Source: Chrysomallon squamiferum (lineage: Eukaryota > Animalia > Mollusca). Taken from it: a DNA stretch of 64,000 bases. A program made the position numbers and the translations under genes. The notes below the pieces were generated by a model, which was given only the letters and a program-made list of their open reading frames with translations, had not been told where the DNA came from and did not search any database. Below, piece after piece: positions 62,945 to 64,000 of the stretch; the first letter of the stretch is position 1; each line of letters opens with the position of its first letter. The stretch covers positions 1,612,001 through 1,676,000 of the forward strand of contig CM022667.1 of assembly GCA_012295275.1 (NCBI GenBank). Reading direction: 5' to 3'.

Positions 62945-64000
62945 CTGAAATATAACAATACATTTTGTTTTTTTTTTTTTTTTTTTTTTTAAATGACATC
63001 AGTTATTTGTGTAGATGTTTGTGTGAGAGAGTGCACACCTGTATGTGTGTAAAATATTAAAAACATATTTGCATAACCCCTTTTTAAATTATATTTTGGA
63101 TTTTTATGGATATATTTACTATAAGGAATATATAACTGAAATAAACTGATTGGTACAGTTATGAAGACTTTCTTTATTATTTATAAACAATTTAAGATTT
63201 CAAATAGCTTTTTGTAGTGTTCTAAGATTAAATAGTGTGTGGAAAATCCTGTGTAAAACAAGCCATGTATGAATCATAACATTACTTCTTGTTTTCATAA
63301 TAAAATAATCAGATACACACCTAAGAATGAGACAGCGTTAAATTAATTAAAACCTTTGATAAATTGAAAACAATAATTAGTAATTTCTTACATTATTAAA
63401 ATAAATACAGGAGAAAAAATAGAATATTTCAAATGAGGTCAGAAACACCTTGAATACATTATACAAGGAACTGATAAGATAACCAAACAGGAAAAAATTA
63501 AAAGTTAAAAAAAAAATTTACTTTGATCTGCCTCTGTTTATACTATGAAAAAAGTACATAAATGACAGCTAGCTTCTTATCTAAACATGTCAAAGCTTTT
63601 TTGTTTATTCCACTGGGTCAGCTTATGCAATATGTATGCAATATTGACAAGTATTGTTCAAGTATCTAAGCAGCAATAAGGAAAAGGAAAGTTGGCTACC
63701 ACTTTTATTGCAGTGAATCAACTATTTATATCCTAACTGAATATAATACATGAAAATTTAAAACTGTTGGAATATGCAACACTTATGACTTGTAACTAAA
63801 AAACATCTAAGGATGATGCAACAAATTAATTATCCACCTAAACTGACATCTAAGGAATAAATTGTATAAGCATTATGTTAGTTTTTATATTCATATTCAG
63901 CTTTGAGATATATATATATATACTATAATTGTCAGCAGTTTAAGTAATTTAAGGTAATTTAATATTTGAAATATTCTGCTCATTCATGAAATCAAACAAG

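Overview
AT-rich, microsatellite-dense animal genomic DNA with spliceosomal introns. It looks invertebrate and possibly molluscan, but the taxon cannot be fixed from sequence. All genes are on the minus strand and were assembled by hand from GT-AG sites and reading phase. (1) 0.2-17 kb: three tandem paralogs of a 4-coding-exon IMD/RIP-like immune adaptor (short N-terminus, RHIM amyloid motif, basic linker, death domain). Each copy carries a different subset of four modules. Copy 1 (164 aa) has a caspase-site/IAP-binding-like motif LDED|ATPS, RHIM and death domain but no myristoylation signal. Copy 2 (71 aa) has an MGGCVS lipidation signal, LGED|ATTS and RHIM, then a premature stop, and its death-domain exon is frameshifted. 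Copy 3 (159 aa) has MGTTES, RHIM and death domain, with the cleavage motif deleted in frame. The RHIM exon differs between copies almost only at non-synonymous sites and is more diverged than the adjacent intron. (2) 18.4-30.8 kb: an intact transglutaminase gene (13 exons, Cys-His-Asp triad), with a probable first coding exon ~26 kb upstream at 56.7 kb. (3) 31-56 kb: the probable first intron, containing a 3.2-kb minisatellite with a 944-bp higher-order duplication, a MITE and other repeats. (4) 61.5-62.9 kb: relic exons of a threonyl-tRNA synthetase with large internal deletions. Most ORF-track entries are translations of microsatellites.
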